DNA of 64,000 nt from the NCBI GenBank assembly GCA_965153285.1, contig OZ229110.1, one strand, 5' to 3'. The notes under the pieces are model-generated. The model saw only the letters and a list, made by a program, of their open reading frames with translations, made no database searches and was not told the DNA's origin. Of this stretch, positions 11,533 to 26,300 are shown piece after piece. The number at the start of each line of letters is the position of its first letter. Within the stretch, counting starts at the first letter, position 1. This DNA comes from Podarcis tiliguerta (Eukaryota). The position numbers and the translations under genes were made by a program.

Positions 11533-11801
11533 CTGTGAGAGGACGCAAGAAAAAGGAAATGAGTCCGGATGCATCGCTGTCCAAAGAGACATCCCATCAA
11601 GTTATTGTGCCTGCCCGGGGCACAAAGCTTGGGTTGACTTCCAGCTCTAATGCTGAGACCACCGAAGAAGCCCAGTGACAAGGAAATCAACAGGACTGGG
11701 GCGCAAAGCTTGGGGAAGGCTTACAAGCTGGGTCAGGAATAGGGCTGGCAAATCTTGGACATGTTAAAGAGAGGCACTGGCTGCATTCACACAGCAGTTT
11801 A

Positions 11802-12053
11802 CAGTGGTACCTTGGTTTAAGAACAGCCTAGTTTATGAACGACTTGGGTTAAGACCGCTGCAAACCTGGAAGTAGATGTTTTGGTTTGTGAACTTTGCCT
11901 TGGAATAAGAACATGTTTCGCTTCCTGCTGAGTGTGTTCCATTTGTAAATTGAGTCCTCCGCTGCTCTGGGAAAGCATGCCTTGGTTTAAGAACGCTTTG
12001 GTTTAAGAAAGGACTTCCGGAACGGATTAAGTTCGTAAACCAAGGTACCACCG
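11802..12053. mobile_element. Tc1/pogo (Tigger-like) MITE
   Basis: TIRs CAGTGGTACCTTGGTTTA / TAAACCAAGGTACCACCG flanked by TA on both sides. Confidence 0.88.
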
Positions 12054-14027
12054 TATTCCATTTCCCCAGCATTTCTCTAACTAGATGCTTCTAGAAATAT
12101 AGTGGAATATAGGACAAGTCTGGCACTCATTTCCATGTTACTTGCTCGTTTACGTCACATGAAGGCAGAAATAATAATGCAGAAATAAAACAGTTATGGA
12201 AACGTCAGGAAAACAGAATAAATTATCTCCTTTGTCCGATGCACAAGCCTGTTGCTCTTGGGTTGGCAAACACTTTCCACCTATCAGGTTATTTTAAAAA
12301 TGTGTTTCTTTTTCCTGTTTTAACAACAACAAGCAATTCAAACCACCAGTAAACACACAGAGCAAAGGTTCCCAAGCTGCAGTCTGTAGACCACCATGGT
12401 CAGCAAGCTTTGAACAGGTAGTCCAAAGAATGGCGGGCGTGGCAGCTGTGAAAGGCGGGCTCAGCAGCTGCTCCATCCTTCTGAGGAACTGGTGGTCCAA
12501 CCAAAAGTTGAGTGGGAAGGAGCTTAAGTGATGGGAGGAGAAGGCACTTGAAAGGAGTAGAGAGGATTAGCAGCATGAAAGACAAGAGTGAGAGGAAGAG
12601 GAAGCAGCAAAAAAATGAGAAAGAGACAGTCAAAACGTGGGAATGAAGGTGAGCAGGAAAATCCTGACGTGAGAGGGGGAGGAGGCAATTGAAACAGGGC
12701 AGCCGAAACCCCTGTCTATACGCTGCCACAGCACTCAGCTGTGGATTTTTTATTGTGTCAGATAAATTCATTAATAACCTGTTGCCATTCTTTCATGTCT
12801 TTATCTGATCATGTTAATGGAATTCTAGAGCAAAATAGAAAGCAAGAAATAAAAGCAGCAATAAAAGTGCAATTAAAAAAATCATACAGCATCTAGCACA
12901 AGGCATGACAGTTGCTACAATTGACCCAAAAAAGCGCTGCACCAGGACTCTCAGCAATTTTGAAGCCATCTGTGGGAACCACTAACATGGTACAATTATG
13001 ACTGTCGGCCATTCAGAATAAAATTGTTCCATTTACACATTTTATTAACTTTCTTGGTTTCCGAGCATCACTTAATGAAGGACATTTTCGTTCTCATTTT
13101 GAATCACTCCTCTTCGCATTTTGACTTGTGGCACTGGCGGCATCAGTGTTTGCCTGCTCTTTGCACAACTTGAAAAGTGTCAGGTTACCTCCAAAACTGT
13201 CAATAGTTGGCCCAGCACTTTACACCAATAAGTGTGACTCTGTGGCTTCTTGGTTTCATCTCTCATCATGTCCCCCTGGGACTTCCTGAAGGCCTCCCTC
13301 CTGCTAGGCTGCAAGGCTCACATGCACTGCCCCTACCTCCCACTAAACCCATTGTTCCCCAGCAACCTAGAATAATAGAATTATTGAGTTGGAAGAGACC
13401 CCCAAGGGCCATCTAGTCTGCCCACATTTTACCTCTGGCCCTGCCCACCAACTGGCATATGGCCCTTGGAAGGTTACCCACAAGGGAATGTGGCCCTTGG
13501 GCTGAAGTGTGATCTCCTTCCCCCCATATAAAACCATGTTTGGAAACTGGCTTGATATGCTAGCTTGTTCTGAAGCTGTTAACTATGGTCTCCTGGTTCT
13601 GATAAAATGGGAAACCATGGTTAATGGTGGAAGAATCCATGGTTTGTTTGCTGCCACTGTTACGGGAGAAGCAAAGGTGCTGGTGCATTGCACAAGGTGG
13701 TGCCTTAAGCGGCTGCCTACAATTCATTAATGGGAAGGTCATCCCAGAACAGGAAAGAGCCATTTCCCATGCATGGTAGAGAAAAGTGAGGTCGTGAAAA
13801 GGAGATTAAGAGCTGGGGTGGGTAGTTGTATGTGACATTTATTGAGCCAGGGAGAGTACACAGCCTGCGAGACAATGGACAATGCTGGGAGTCTGGCTCC
13901 TCCCATTGTGAGGAGTATTATCTTTTAAAGAATCTTGATCAATGGGATTGCAAAGCAAACATGATGCTTCTTGCCAAGGGGTTTTTTCAGACTCTCTCAT
14001 GTGACAGCAAGCATTCGGGCCACTCAC

Positions 14028-14129
14028 GTGAGAACAGGACAGCAGTTCCTTCATGATGTATGTGTCAAAGATCTGGCGGCTCTTAATAGCTCGATCCTCT
14101 TCGGAGTCCATCTTCTCATACTTTTTGAT
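14028..14129 (-). CDS. GRK2: GRK2 exon 4 ([34 protein letters not shown]; RH domain; Galpha-q contact residues R106/D110/M114/L118 retained)
   Basis: Translation; AG/GTGAG boundaries; 102 nt. Confidence 0.97.
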
Positions 14130-15180
14130 CTATGAAGAATGGGGCAAGGGGAGAGGTAACAAGGCTCAGCAACCTACCCACCGACTACAGACTCTGTAAG
14201 GCCCTTCAGAAGGCATAGACAGAGACATGGTCGACGTGGACCATGTTTTGCACCCAAAGAACTCAAATAATGGCTGCGCTTGGAGAGAGCGCTTGCAGTC
14301 TCTTGTTGCCACCTTAATTATTTTCCACAGGGGCTGGGTGGCAGCTGACAAAATGTGCCATAGAATGCATATGCAAGGTCAAAGAGACAAAAGCTGAGCT
14401 TACACCTGAGCTGGGGAATCTGTAGCCAGAAGTTGCTGGACTACAACTCCCATCATCTCTGCCCATTGGCCATGCTGGCTGAGGCGGATTGGAGATGGAG
14501 CCCAACTAAATCTGGAGGGCACCCTGTGGGCGACCTCTGAGATACAGGGAGAGCAGTGCGCTGAAATCTCACAGCAAGCATTTTTCTTTTCCTCCTTATT
14601 ATTATTGTTCTCCTTTAAATCTAGTTTTATTTTAAATTATGAGAGGGCAAACGACATAAACCATACACATAAAAGGGATAATACTATAAGAAAGCATAAA
14701 GAACAGCAAAACTTTCTGGGTCTTGCCTTCTCTAATAAACTATTTTGCCCATTTTTAAGCTTCTAAGTTCCCCAGATACCCACCGCACCCCATCCCACCC
14801 CTGGCAAAATGAAACTACCACACTCTGCCCTGAAGAGGCAACGCAGGGATTCCATGTATTTGTTTTCTAACCTGAATCAGGAGATGCAGTAGCCTTGCCT
14901 TCTGTCACGCCCCCCACCCCGCTCCTTTCCCCCCAACTGCTTCCAGTCATGCTGCCTTGAACAAGAATTCAGATATGCTTTTTGAGAGGAGGGTCAAAAG
15001 GCCTGAAGGGGCCTCTGAACAGGTCTTCGAAAAGTCAACTCCTCAGCTCAAGACAAGTTTGGGAACCAATGTCAGAGGGGAGTCTGTGTGCCAGGCCAAG
15101 GAGGGAAACTGTGGTTTGACGGCACGGAAGGAAATACAGCATTTTCTCCCACCACCCTCAATGCACAATCAGGGCCTCAC

Positions 15181-15254
15181 CTCTTCATAGAATTCCACCA
15201 GTGGTTTGGCTTCCTCCACCTGGTTTAGGCAGAAGTCTCGGAACAGCAGGAAAC
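15181..15254 (-). CDS. GRK2: GRK2 exon 3 ([24 protein letters not shown])
   Basis: Translation; AG/GTGAG boundaries; 74 nt. Confidence 0.96.
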
Positions 15255-17213
15255 CTAAGAAAAACACACAACTGTCAGCTGCAACGACCAGGTGTGCCCC
15301 TGCTTCCCTTTTTCAAAGCCAGCCAGTTGGTCCCACCTGAATTAGCACCCTTAGAAAGCCAGGGCCCTGCATTCCAACCCTGACTAATCAGCAATGGTGG
15401 GAAGAGAAATTCATTGTATATGTACACAGGTATATTGCTAGGGTAGGGAATCTCTCGCCCTCTGTATATTGTGGGACATAATTTCCATCAGACTAAGCCA
15501 CCATGGCCAACGATCGGGAATGATGGGAGCTGTAGTCCAAAAACATTCCCCAAACTTAGTACACTGACTCCAAATATAGAGGTTTCATTCTTCTATCATG
15601 GTGGATAGCTAGTCAAAGATCTATGCAAATTTATCCAAGTTGGCTTTTAAAGTCATCTATACCAGTGCCCATTAATACCAAACCCTGTTTTTTATGGACA
15701 AGGGCTTTATGATTTTAACAGCAAACATAAGAGAAAGAAATCAACAAGTTTGAAGCTTTTAACATCATGCATCTTCATACCAAACAAATCTTCACCTGGT
15801 GATTTCTGCCCATTACACCACTGTCAGAGACAAAGAGTCTCTCCTTACACAAAACTAGCAGGTATAGTCATCCAATTTATTTTTTACAGAAAACTTCTAG
15901 AAAACAAGCTGGGATTCTGATATTTCTAAGAAGGCACATCTCAATCTTTTCATCTTGCAAAAAAAGAAAGAAAGAAAGCATAACCATTTCAGTTTCATAA
16001 GCTACGTTCAATATCCCTGGGAGTTGGAATATGCCCAGTAGGTTTATACAGGAGAAGCTTCTCCCACCATTCCCAGTGCAATCCCATGCATGCCTACTCA
16101 GAAAGGAAGCCCCACAAAGTTCAGAAGGGTTCACATTCTTAATTTCTGCATGTCAGGCTGCTGTTAAATGCACAGGAGCAGGGTCGCTTTTTAAAAAAAA
16201 GAAGAAGAAAAATAACTGTTTTGCTCATGCTTGCCTTAAGTCACGTGGTCCCCCTGGGAAAACTAGTCATAACTCATGTCTGAGTTGTATGTTAGAGAAG
16301 TCCCCAAACCAAAGGCACTTCCACCTAGGAACATGAAGGAGACCTACATGTCACTCATAAGAAGCAACCGAGAAGAGCTTCCCTCTGGATGCATAACGGA
16401 AGCTACACGGAACTGTGCCTGTGTGCAAATTCCTTGCAAATTTTATACAGGGTGAAGCGGCCCCTTCAGTAACCTTCAATATATATTCAAAGCAGGCATG
16501 AGTCTCATCTGTACCAGATATAGCAGGGGGTGGATAGCCTGTCTGCCTCTGAGTGTTCTTGACTACAAACTCCATGATCCCTGACCATTCGCCACCCTGG
16601 CTGGGGGGCTGATGGGAGCTGGGAGAGCAACAAAACCTGTAGAGACGCAGGTTCCCTCAGCTAACTGAAAAGGGGCAGTTGGAGGGTGGCAATCCCCACA
16701 CCTGGAGAAGATTTCTCAAGCATGCTGTGCACCAGTTTCCGCCTCAACTCTGCTCCCCCCCCACACACACACAGTGGAGGGGCACACGGATCAAGATCCA
16801 CGTCAGCTTGTGGCTAAACGGCTCCTTGGTGCTAAACCTGCTTCCCCGACCTACTTGTGCGCCATCCCCAGGTGAGAGGCCGAGGCAAGAGGCTGTGGGG
16901 AAGGCAGCAGGGGAGCCAGGAGAGGAGGGAGAGCCAGGAGGGGTGGGAGCAGAGAGGGGATGAAAGCGGGAGATATTATGAGGAAACCACAAGTGGCTGT
17001 GGGTGTGGGAGGAAGCAAGAGTGTTTCCTGTTGGGGCGGGGTGTAGTAACTGAAAAGGAGAAACAGCCTTGCAAGCAGATGCCTCCGGGGCTCAGTATGG
17101 ACAACAACAGCACAGCATCACCCAGCCTGTCCTAAGCCAGCAGTCACACAGCCCTTCCTAACCTGTGCTCTCCTCCTAATTTATCCAGATGTACTTCATC
17201 AGTGCCTCTAGAG

Positions 17214-17519
17214 CAGTGGTTCCCAGTTAGGGGTCCGGGCATCCCAAGGGGGTCCACGGCCCTATCCCTTGCCTCCCCACCTCAACTATTTATTTTTTTG
17301 GGTCATTTTTGCATGGTAGTATCACAAATTTTATAGTCTGTTTTTTTTAATTATACCTAAAGTCCTTTGCTTATGAGGGGCTACACCACATTTTGTTCAA
17401 AAAATTGCTTTGCAGAGGTAACTACCATGGAGTCATCAAAATTGTCAAAAGTAAGGGATCCGTGGCTTGGTTTTTGAAAAACAGGGGGTCCTCCGTAATT
17501 AGCTAATTGGGAACCAGTG
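17214..17519. mobile_element. hAT-Charlie-like MITE
   Basis: CAGTGGTTCCCA...TGGGAACCAGTG termini; TSD CTCTAGAG / CTCTAGAA. Confidence 0.85.
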
Positions 17520-19233
17520 CTCTAGAATATTCTGTTTTGTTTTGGGGTTTTTTAAGGAGTAAGTGGCAGGGTGTGGAATTTTATTTTCCTTCTTCCTGGC
17601 AGGCTTCTGTGCCTTCAGCAAGATGACAGGCAGAAATTCAGCAGCGAAAGTGTGTTGTTGTCCCCTCTCCCCACCAGCCCGTACATTTCAATCTATGAGG
17701 GAGAAAAAGCTACATGAGCTGCATTTTTACTTCTCACACAGCTGCTAACAGCGCAGGAGCCTTGCCAGAAAAAGCTGACACTCTTACTTTCTAAAAGGCT
17801 TCTTGAAGAGCTGCATGGAAGGGGAATTCCACCAGGTCCAGATTCTCTGCTGGAGTAATTACACTTCTTCATTCAGACACTCAAGAGAGGCATTGTCAGG
17901 GGTGGGGGCAGCAGGGCCTGTGAGGGGTGGCCTAGCGATATACTGTGGCATAGGAAGAAGCCTGAGGGCCAGAAAGATGGGCCTACAGGGCCACATTCAA
18001 TCGCAAGATCTGCAGCTCCACCCCCTTCCTGGAGGCAGAACCTTCTCACATGTGAGCCAGTCCAGAAGCTTTGAACCATCTTCTCTTCCAATATCCCTCA
18101 AGTGAAGCAATTGTCCTGCAAACAACTAATGGAAGCTGGAACAGGGAACCGTCGCAGGCCGCACAAGAGGAAGCAGAATTTCCTCATCGACCTCAGCAAT
18201 ACCCCCTTCCCCAATTCATTTGTACAGATCTCAGCTCAGCTGCTCACAGATCTCAGCTCAGGCTTGAGAACAAGGCGAGGGAGGGGGGAAGAGACAGTAG
18301 ATTACAATCTACTGGGAGATCTCTGGGTGACCTGCAGTAGATCCTCAGGGGTTCTGACTCCCAATTCTCGAGCAACTAGCAAGAACAAATTGACCTGCCC
18401 ACCCCCTCCAAAATCAAAATTAGGCTGCTGAAATGAAGAAAGCTAACTGAGACTGGACATTTGCCCAAAATGGTGCTGAAAACAAATTCCTGGGCTCCAA
18501 ATGTGCTCAGTAGCACCCTTTGTTTATTAATTCTAACTCTGGGTATCTTGCACCTGGCCTGGGTTGGTCAATCTTGGAAATTCTGGTAGAGGCGAAAGTG
18601 GATTGACCAAAGTCTGCCCACCCCTGCTCTACAGCACCAGCCTGGGATGCAGAGTTGACCAGACCCAAGGCAGGACAGGGACTTATTAACTTTGGATAAT
18701 TTGGACAAGATAATTTGAGCTGGCACAGCAACTGCCGCCCTTGCAGAGCTATGTGCTTTCCAAAAAAAAAATCCTCATTAATAGATACAGGATCACTGGC
18801 TTTCTTTGCATTGGGCCACCCTAGAGAAAGAGAAGACTTGTTAACTCCTGATCTGGATGAAGAAGGCGACTGGCCTTTCCAAGGGCTGGATGGTAAGGAC
18901 AAATTCAGGGGCCAAGCGTTCCCCAACTCCAGCAAAGGAGCAAGTGACAAAAGAAGTTGCACCTGCAGCACCGGCCCCTGCGGCCAAAGCACAGCAGCAC
19001 TTTTCAGGCCAGAAGCTGGATTCCTAAGGGGAAGGACGAGACTGAGTATGCAGCAAGCAGCTTCCATCACAACTCTGCAGATATCCAATCCCACCACAGC
19101 CCTTTTAAAAAGGAGGCCCTCCTTCTGCCCCCCCCCCCATTTCTTCTCACTGGCGTTGACTCCTGGCTAACCGCAGCACAGGCAAGCTGGTCTTGCCTGA
19201 ACTCATGACCCCTGCAGAGGCTCTGCTACTCAC

Positions 19234-19310
19234 CAATCTTCTGAGAAAATATCTTGTCAAAGGTCACCTCACCCCGGTCTTCCAAGTATTTCTGCATAAC
19301 ACTGCGGATA
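19234..19310 (-). CDS. GRK2: GRK2 exon 2 ([26 protein letters not shown])
   Basis: Translation; AG/GTGAG boundaries; 77 nt. Confidence 0.97.
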
Positions 19311-20307
19311 CTGCCAAGAGAAAAGGCACGTGAGGGAAGTTAACAGGGGTGAAGCTTCTCAGCTCGGCCTATTCCCTCAAAGCAGGGGGTGGGGAGATTG
19401 TGACCTTCCATATGCTGCCGGACTCCAGTTCCCATCATCCTTGACCGCTGGCTACGCTGTCTGGGCCTGATAGGAGTCCAACCACATGTGGAGGGACAAA
19501 GGTTTGCCGTCCCTGCCCTGAAAACAACAACAAGGGCAGGATCCAGCTAAGCTGTTGCATGTGCAGAATGAGGTCCACTCGTGCAGCAGACTTCCCCCTC
19601 CTCTCTTCCTGCTGCGCCCCCTAAATCTGCTCTAGAGGGTCGGAGGAGGAACCAAGAACATGTTTAGAAAGTGGGGGTGTGGTGTGGAGAGGGGGTAAAG
19701 TCTTATCATATGAGCAGTTTTGTAGTACCTTAAAGGATAGCAAATGTAGTATTTAAGGTGCTACAATACCCTTTGTTGTTTTTGCTGCAAATCCCCCCCC
19801 CCCTTATTATTATCACAGGAAGCCTGCAGATAAAATACACTTATCGCAAGAGATTTTGGGTCAGTAAGGATCCAGCACTGGATAGCCGACATTTCATTCA
19901 TGAATTAAGACCAACCAGCTGTTTAAAGGAGACTGTGTTTTTATCTGGGGCTAAGTGGAGCCAGGTACAGGAAGATTACAAAGGCAGCCAGTCATTCTAG
20001 CAGGTGAACGAACAGAGGTCTGTTTCTTGTCTTAAAGAAGAGCTGGGGCTCTTAGAATGGCATCTGCATCTGGGCAATTTGGAAGAGAAGCCAATTTAAA
20101 AGTCTAAACAGAAAATGAAGGTTCATCAAAAAGTGGGAGGGACAGGAGGACGGTGGTCTGAGTGTGGACGGACAGGCTCCTGGCTAGAGAAGCAGCGGAA
20201 ATAATACATTGGATCTTGGAAGCATTGTTCTGAATACACTCTGGTTTTTTAGTCGCTGTGTTTGTTTTGTCCTCCTGGGTGGTTAATTTTAAAAAGTGAC
20301 CAAGAAA

Positions 20308-20308
20308 G

Positions 20309-20350
<42 letters not shown>

Positions 20351-20351
20351 A
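20308..20351. repeat. (AC)n(AG)n compound microsatellite
   Basis: Read directly from the sequence. Confidence 0.9.
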
Positions 20352-23300
20352 ATGCCAGGCAAATAATTAGGAAAGAGCACCTTTTGGGTTGAAAATGAAC
20401 CTGAAATTCCAAGGTCCCAAAGTACAATGACTAATCTCAAAGATGAGTTGGCAAGACCTGGTAGCTGGCAGCCTGGAAAATGCTATAGACGGTCTGGCCA
20501 TGAGACAGGGGTTCATGCTGGGTTAATGTATTACAAAGAACTGGAACTCTCTTTCGGAGTCGTGTGCCATCTTTCAGAGCTGGGCTATGACCTGGCTTCT
20601 CCTGTGGATATTTAGCTGGTTAAGCAGCACACATAGCCCTTCTATGGAGAAGATTTTAATTGACTCAGCGTAAGCAGCCAAGAGGAAGCTCCTGAGTATG
20701 AGGGCCATTGCAGGGTAAGGGCAGCAGTCCCCTTCTAGCCCAGCGTTCTGTTGTCACAGTGGCCAGCCAGATGCCTGTAGGAACACCTCAAGAAGGTCCT
20801 GGGCACAAGAGCATTCTTTCCACGTGGGATTCCAAGCACACTGCCTCTGAACAACGGAGGCAGAAATCCTAATCCTAAATGCATTTATTTGGAAATGCCA
20901 CCGAATCACTTTCAACCATTTTCTCCTGACCATGTTCACCTGGAAGGAAGAAGCCCCATTGACTTCAAGGGGGTTTGCTCCCCAGAAAGCATGCTTCAAT
21001 TTGCAGCACGGGTACCTTTCGAGATAGAAGCTTGTGTAAGAAGTACTTGTCAGATGATGGAAGACGCAGATTACCGTATCACTTGACAAGTGTACTGAGT
21101 CAGCATTCCCAACACCCACAATCCACATACTGACTGTACAGATCCTCACTGCAGGTTGGAATGAATGAGAAGCAGTGCGGGTGGCACAATAATGGTGAAA
21201 ATGCTGTGACTGTGGCACCAACATTCTGTGATAGTTTGCACCATTTGCATGAGATACTTGGTAAGTCAGATAGGACCAATTAATGCAGTGTCCTCAGCTG
21301 CTGTTGGACTACAACTTCCATCATCCTTAGCTAGCAGGACAAGTGGTCAGGGATGATGGGAGCTGTAGTCCAATAATGGCTGAGGTCCCAAGCCTGTCGG
21401 TCAATTGGTAAAGCTTTCCTTAAACTAGCATTCCTCAACCTGCTGTCCTCCTGGTGATGCTGGACTTGCAAACTCCCATCATCCTCAGCCAGCATGGCCA
21501 AGGGACAGAGATGATGGGAGTTTGGACCCCAAGGTCTGGAGGGTCACAGGTCCCCCACCCCTTTCTTATGAAAAAGTAACTTTGGGAAGAAGAGAAGGTT
21601 TAGAGAACTGGAATCACTCCTTAACCCTTTTCCTGCCCACCGTTTTCCCACAGAAACCTGCCCCCCCACTACCCCCACTTTGGTACGGAAAGCATTATGC
21701 AGCCCTTCCACTTTGTATAGGCTGGGGTTGGACTATCTTGGACCATTCCATTTCAGGTTGCAGGTGAGAGGGTGGGGGTGGGTGACATTTTGAATGCTCC
21801 CAGATGGGAATGAAAAACTCCTCAGAGAAAACCGAGCCCAATAATACTGCATCCTTTTACATGTGGAACATTATTCAGACACGCAACTCACTCCTGGCCC
21901 ACCTGGAAGTGTTACCGTCCGCAGTGCGGGGGGAGGGGGGGAGTAACATTGCTTCAGCGTGCTGACTGAATAAACAGCCCTTCATCTGGGTACCTTTTAA
22001 ATATCTGAATGGAGGACAAAGAGATCTGGATGCTTAGCCTAGAGAGGCCACTGCATCCTCCCTGAATGGCAATGGAAAGGTGCCCAATGTGGTCTGCAGC
22101 AGGAACAACCATAGCTGCTGCTGTTGCAGTCCATGGATTAAATGGGGTGCTGGGCTGGCTCTGAATGGGGCTTCTGGGGATTAGAAGTACTATAGGAGCT
22201 ATGGGAGCTTAATGTAAGGGGTGCCTCTGAAGGGGAGAGTGTGATCGGGCTGAAGAGACACTTTCCCATTGTGGAGGGCAGATTTTTTTTCTTGGATTCT
22301 GCGCAGTAAATATCAGGGTGCTGAGAAACAAGACCTACTTCAACCATTTAGACTGAATGTGTCTTTTCCCCACCCCCCAGAAACTCCTGCTCCTGAAACT
22401 AGTGAGCCATAGGGGATGGGGGGCAGGGGAGAGAGCCCCACGCCTGAGACAGACGCGTCTTGGAAGGATGATGGATGGCTGTGTTTTCTGGTGCCTGCTG
22501 CTGTTATGGGCCTGGGATAATGTGTCTCAAGCATCTCCATAACAACCATCTCCAGGGGGCAGGTCCAGTTGAATGATAGCATTAATATCATTACATAAAA
22601 TGCCTTGTGCAGAAAAGGAATTCACACTCATTATCTGGTTATTCTCACAGTGTCCTGGTAAGGTAGGCAAGTCATTCCTTTTATAGCAGCAGCTAAGCGG
22701 AGACTTGAACTTGGGACTCATAGCATCAAACCAAGTAGCCCAACATCATCCCCTCTGGAAGTTGCCTGACTCCAACTCACACCAGCCCCAGCCAGCATGG
22801 CCACACATGATGGGACTTGTAGCCTTATCAAAATCTGGGGGGCACTAGGTTGACTCCATGGAAAAGCAGCACAGCTATATAGGCCAGGCTTCTAAAGAGC
22901 AACTAGCATGGTCACTTGTGGCAAACAAGCATCTGTTCTAGGCAACCAGGAAAGGAAGGTTAAAAAAAAAATATGGTTTAAGCCACAAGCTTGTATGTGC
23001 ATTTCAGTCTTCAGAGGGGTGGGGGAACAATCCTGAGCTTGTAAATTTTGTGTTGTTTACGAGACCGATTCCAAAAATTCAGTCACTGAAGTTAACCTCG
23101 GTCAGATAAGGTCTGAGAGAACTGGTCCTAGTGCCCTCTTTTTCCTGCCTCAGTTTTCCCCCTTAGGAAAAAAAGAGAGCATTAGTTAACAACCGGGAAG
23201 GCCTATGGAGAATGTCGGCTCCCTCGAGTTCCTCTTGCACAGAGACTTAATGAGAGGCAGTTAGTACTATAAATAATCAGCCAGCTGTTGACAATGCTCT

Positions 23301-26300
23301 TGTTCGCTTAAAGGCCATTGGGGAGGAAGTGGGAAGTTGCCTGCTAGTATCCCTGGGCATCTGAGCTGGTTTATTATTATTTTTTTTCTTTATGCTCTTG
23401 TAGATTGTCAGGCTAGAGAGAGCCTGACTTCGGGGAACACTGACTGGCTTCATATCCAAGCACAGAAAAAGGAAATGAATGCACAGAAAAAAATAGTTTG
23501 GTTCCCTTAACAGGAAAAACAACACTGTCGTGCAGCAACCAGCAAAGGAGAAACTTCCTCCCCACCCCCCTTTTTAATCCCCTGCCCTTTTACCAAAGCT
23601 GAATTCTCCCCTCTCACAAATGTCACAACCACCTTGGCTCCGACACATTCCTAGTTCCGCTATAAAACCTGCACAAAAAGGCAGAGCTTGTAGTGGGTGC
23701 TGTGGCGGGTCAGCAGGACGCAGGTCACCCTGATTCTCCTATGTGCTGCAGTTTCTTACTTTGCAGCAGACCCAAATAGCCTATTGCGACCAAAGGTGAT
23801 GTCATTTCCTGGCAGACAAGCCAGAGAGACAGCTCTTCTTTGAAGCTGGGCCTTGACTTTGGCAGGAGGAGGGATATGAGAGGCTGCACCGGCAAGGAGG
23901 TTGCTCGGGCAGGAAGTTTAGTGTGTTGAAGCCTATCGGAGAAAACCGATGGGAGTGATTTGAAGTCAGGGTGCTCCATAATAGGGGTTGTGGGAGGCCT
24001 CCTTTCACTGTCCCACAATTCTGCTCTGCATGATATGGAAGAGGAATGGGGGGACCTGTGGTCCTCCAGATGTGGATGGAGTACAACTGGCAACACCCCA
24101 GGCCATTGGCCATGCCGGCTAGGGCCAATGGGAGTCCAACGATGTGTGGAGAGTGACAGATTAGCGACCCCTGAGCAACCTCAGCTCAACTCTCCACTTT
24201 GGCATGAAGTTCGAAGAGTGGCGGTGGTTAGTCAAACACACACACAACCTAAACCATCCCGCATACAACGTGTGTGCCCCTCAGCTCCTTTTGAGAGAAG
24301 TATGACGCAATGTAATAAACAAAACCTTAGACATCTTATTCCCCCAAGATCTTGAATGGGCAGCAGTTCCGAGTTTCATTACCTCCACTCCCTCTTGGAA
24401 TGTCTGTGTAGAAACTATAAAAGACATTCCAGGAGGGAGCAGACAGAGTCCTCCAGATCTTCAGGATCCTGTCTCCAGTACCCTGCCACAGTGAGCTTGG
24501 TTGGTGGGAAGCAGAGACTCAAATCTCATCGGATAGCTCTCTGGGCAAGTCGCTGTATCTCAAATTTAATCTACCTTCAAAGGGTGGTTGTGAAGATAAA
24601 ATGCTGCCTCTGAACTACTTACAGGACAGGTAAGACACAAATTGCTGGACTTCAGGCATGTGACTCAGACTTTCTTATTTCAGAAAGCATTTTAAGGTAG
24701 GGTTTGGATTTATGTTTGGTTTTATGGTGATTTTTTTTTTTTACTGTTTTATTCTCTGTATGGTTTATTTTTATGTACGCCTCCTAGAAATGCTACTGAT
24801 GAAGTGGCATATAAATTCCATAAATTAATGTAACAGATGTAACAGAATGTACCTGCTTTTGCAGTAATGAACGAGGATGCAGCCCCTTCAGCAACTTTCA
24901 GGGGTGCTGTTCCAGATGTGGTGGGGTAGCAAAACCCAGGTTTGCATCTCCTGCCCTTTTCTTCCTTTTAAAAAACTCATCCCCCCCTTCTTACTGACTT
25001 GCTGTGCACACTGCAAAATGCAATGCTGATAAGCATCAGAAACCCACCATCTTAAATACCTATAAACTAGCCAATGCAAATGGCTATGGAAATTTGGGCC
25101 ATGGGTTTGTGCCTTACGTTCTTTAAGTACCCGAAATCACCCATGGCAATTTTGCTGATGTTCCTCTCTTTACAACAGGGATGGGGTGGTGTGCTCCTCC
25201 AGATGTTGCTGGACTACAACTCCCAGACCATTGGCTGTGCCAGCTGGAATTGATGGGATTTGGAGTACATCAACATCTGGGGGGCGCTAGGTTCCTCACC
25301 ACTGCTTTAGAATCTCCATCCTTCTATTGTTCCAATCCTGGACAACTTCCTGAGGATGTATCTGCATTTTTGTCCCAATTCCAATAGATAGCCCATGAAT
25401 AAAAATGGAGGCACCACCTAGGCTCCAAGGGTGTGATTTATATGTCCCTTATGTTTCAAGACAGACACACACACGGAAGCTGTTAGGTCAACCACCAGCA
25501 AAGCAACAATGATGAAAGATAACGTCTGCTAGGGCTACACTGCTTGTGGTTTCTGTTAAGTCTCACCTTCCTATGGAGTGTCTGAGAGTGAATGCTCTGT
25601 CTCTGAGAGGCAAGGTAATGTGATTTGTGAACAGGACTATGTATGCTGTGCCAAGACGGTATCATGCAAGGCAAGGAAATAAATTATACTTGGGCACCCA
25701 AATCTTGCTTTTCATTAAAAAAAAGAAAGCAAGTTTCTTGTCTTTTTGATCTACAACAGTATATGTGTGCAAGGCCAGAGGGAGGATGAGTCAAATTTCT
25801 AGTGGTCAAGAGGTGGGGATTCTGTGCCCTGCACTGCTTCCCTGCACCGCCTCGCATGACTGCTAGGAACAGAGCAAATTATGCAAAAAATAAATATGCA
25901 AATATATTGACTTGCATATTTTAATGTAAAACACACACTCTGCTCATCACCCAAACCCAGTTTCCTCCTCCACGTGATTTCTATTGGGCTGTACCAAAAG
26001 GTCTACATGTTATTACGCATTCAGATTAGGGGAACTAAGAATTTCTTCAGCTTCTGCCTGAATTAACCTGTTCTGGAATTACCCTGTTCTCCTCCTGCTC
26101 CAAATCAGCTTCCCGGGCAAAATTTATGGGGCCACACTTTAGAAGTCCCCCAGCAAAGTTCCCACAGTGAGATGTGCAGAAGAGATGTATCTGATCCTCC
26201 CTAGCTAATGGGAAGAAGCAGTCTCAAATGCTTGTTTTCAGCAGATGTCTTGAATCCAAAACAAATGCAATTCTGTACATATCCTTGACAATCCTCCCCA

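Noticed and set aside
16845-17045. Possible alternative GRK2 first exon (GC box, ATGGCGCACAA|GTAGGT)
   Set aside because: The donor would be phase 2 while exon 3 needs phase 1, and the alternative donor follows an in-frame TAG; at most an enhancer-like region
18507-19170. Overlapping 196-aa and 151-aa ORFs in GRK2 intron 2
   Set aside because: Non-ATG starts, no domain, no convincing splice boundaries
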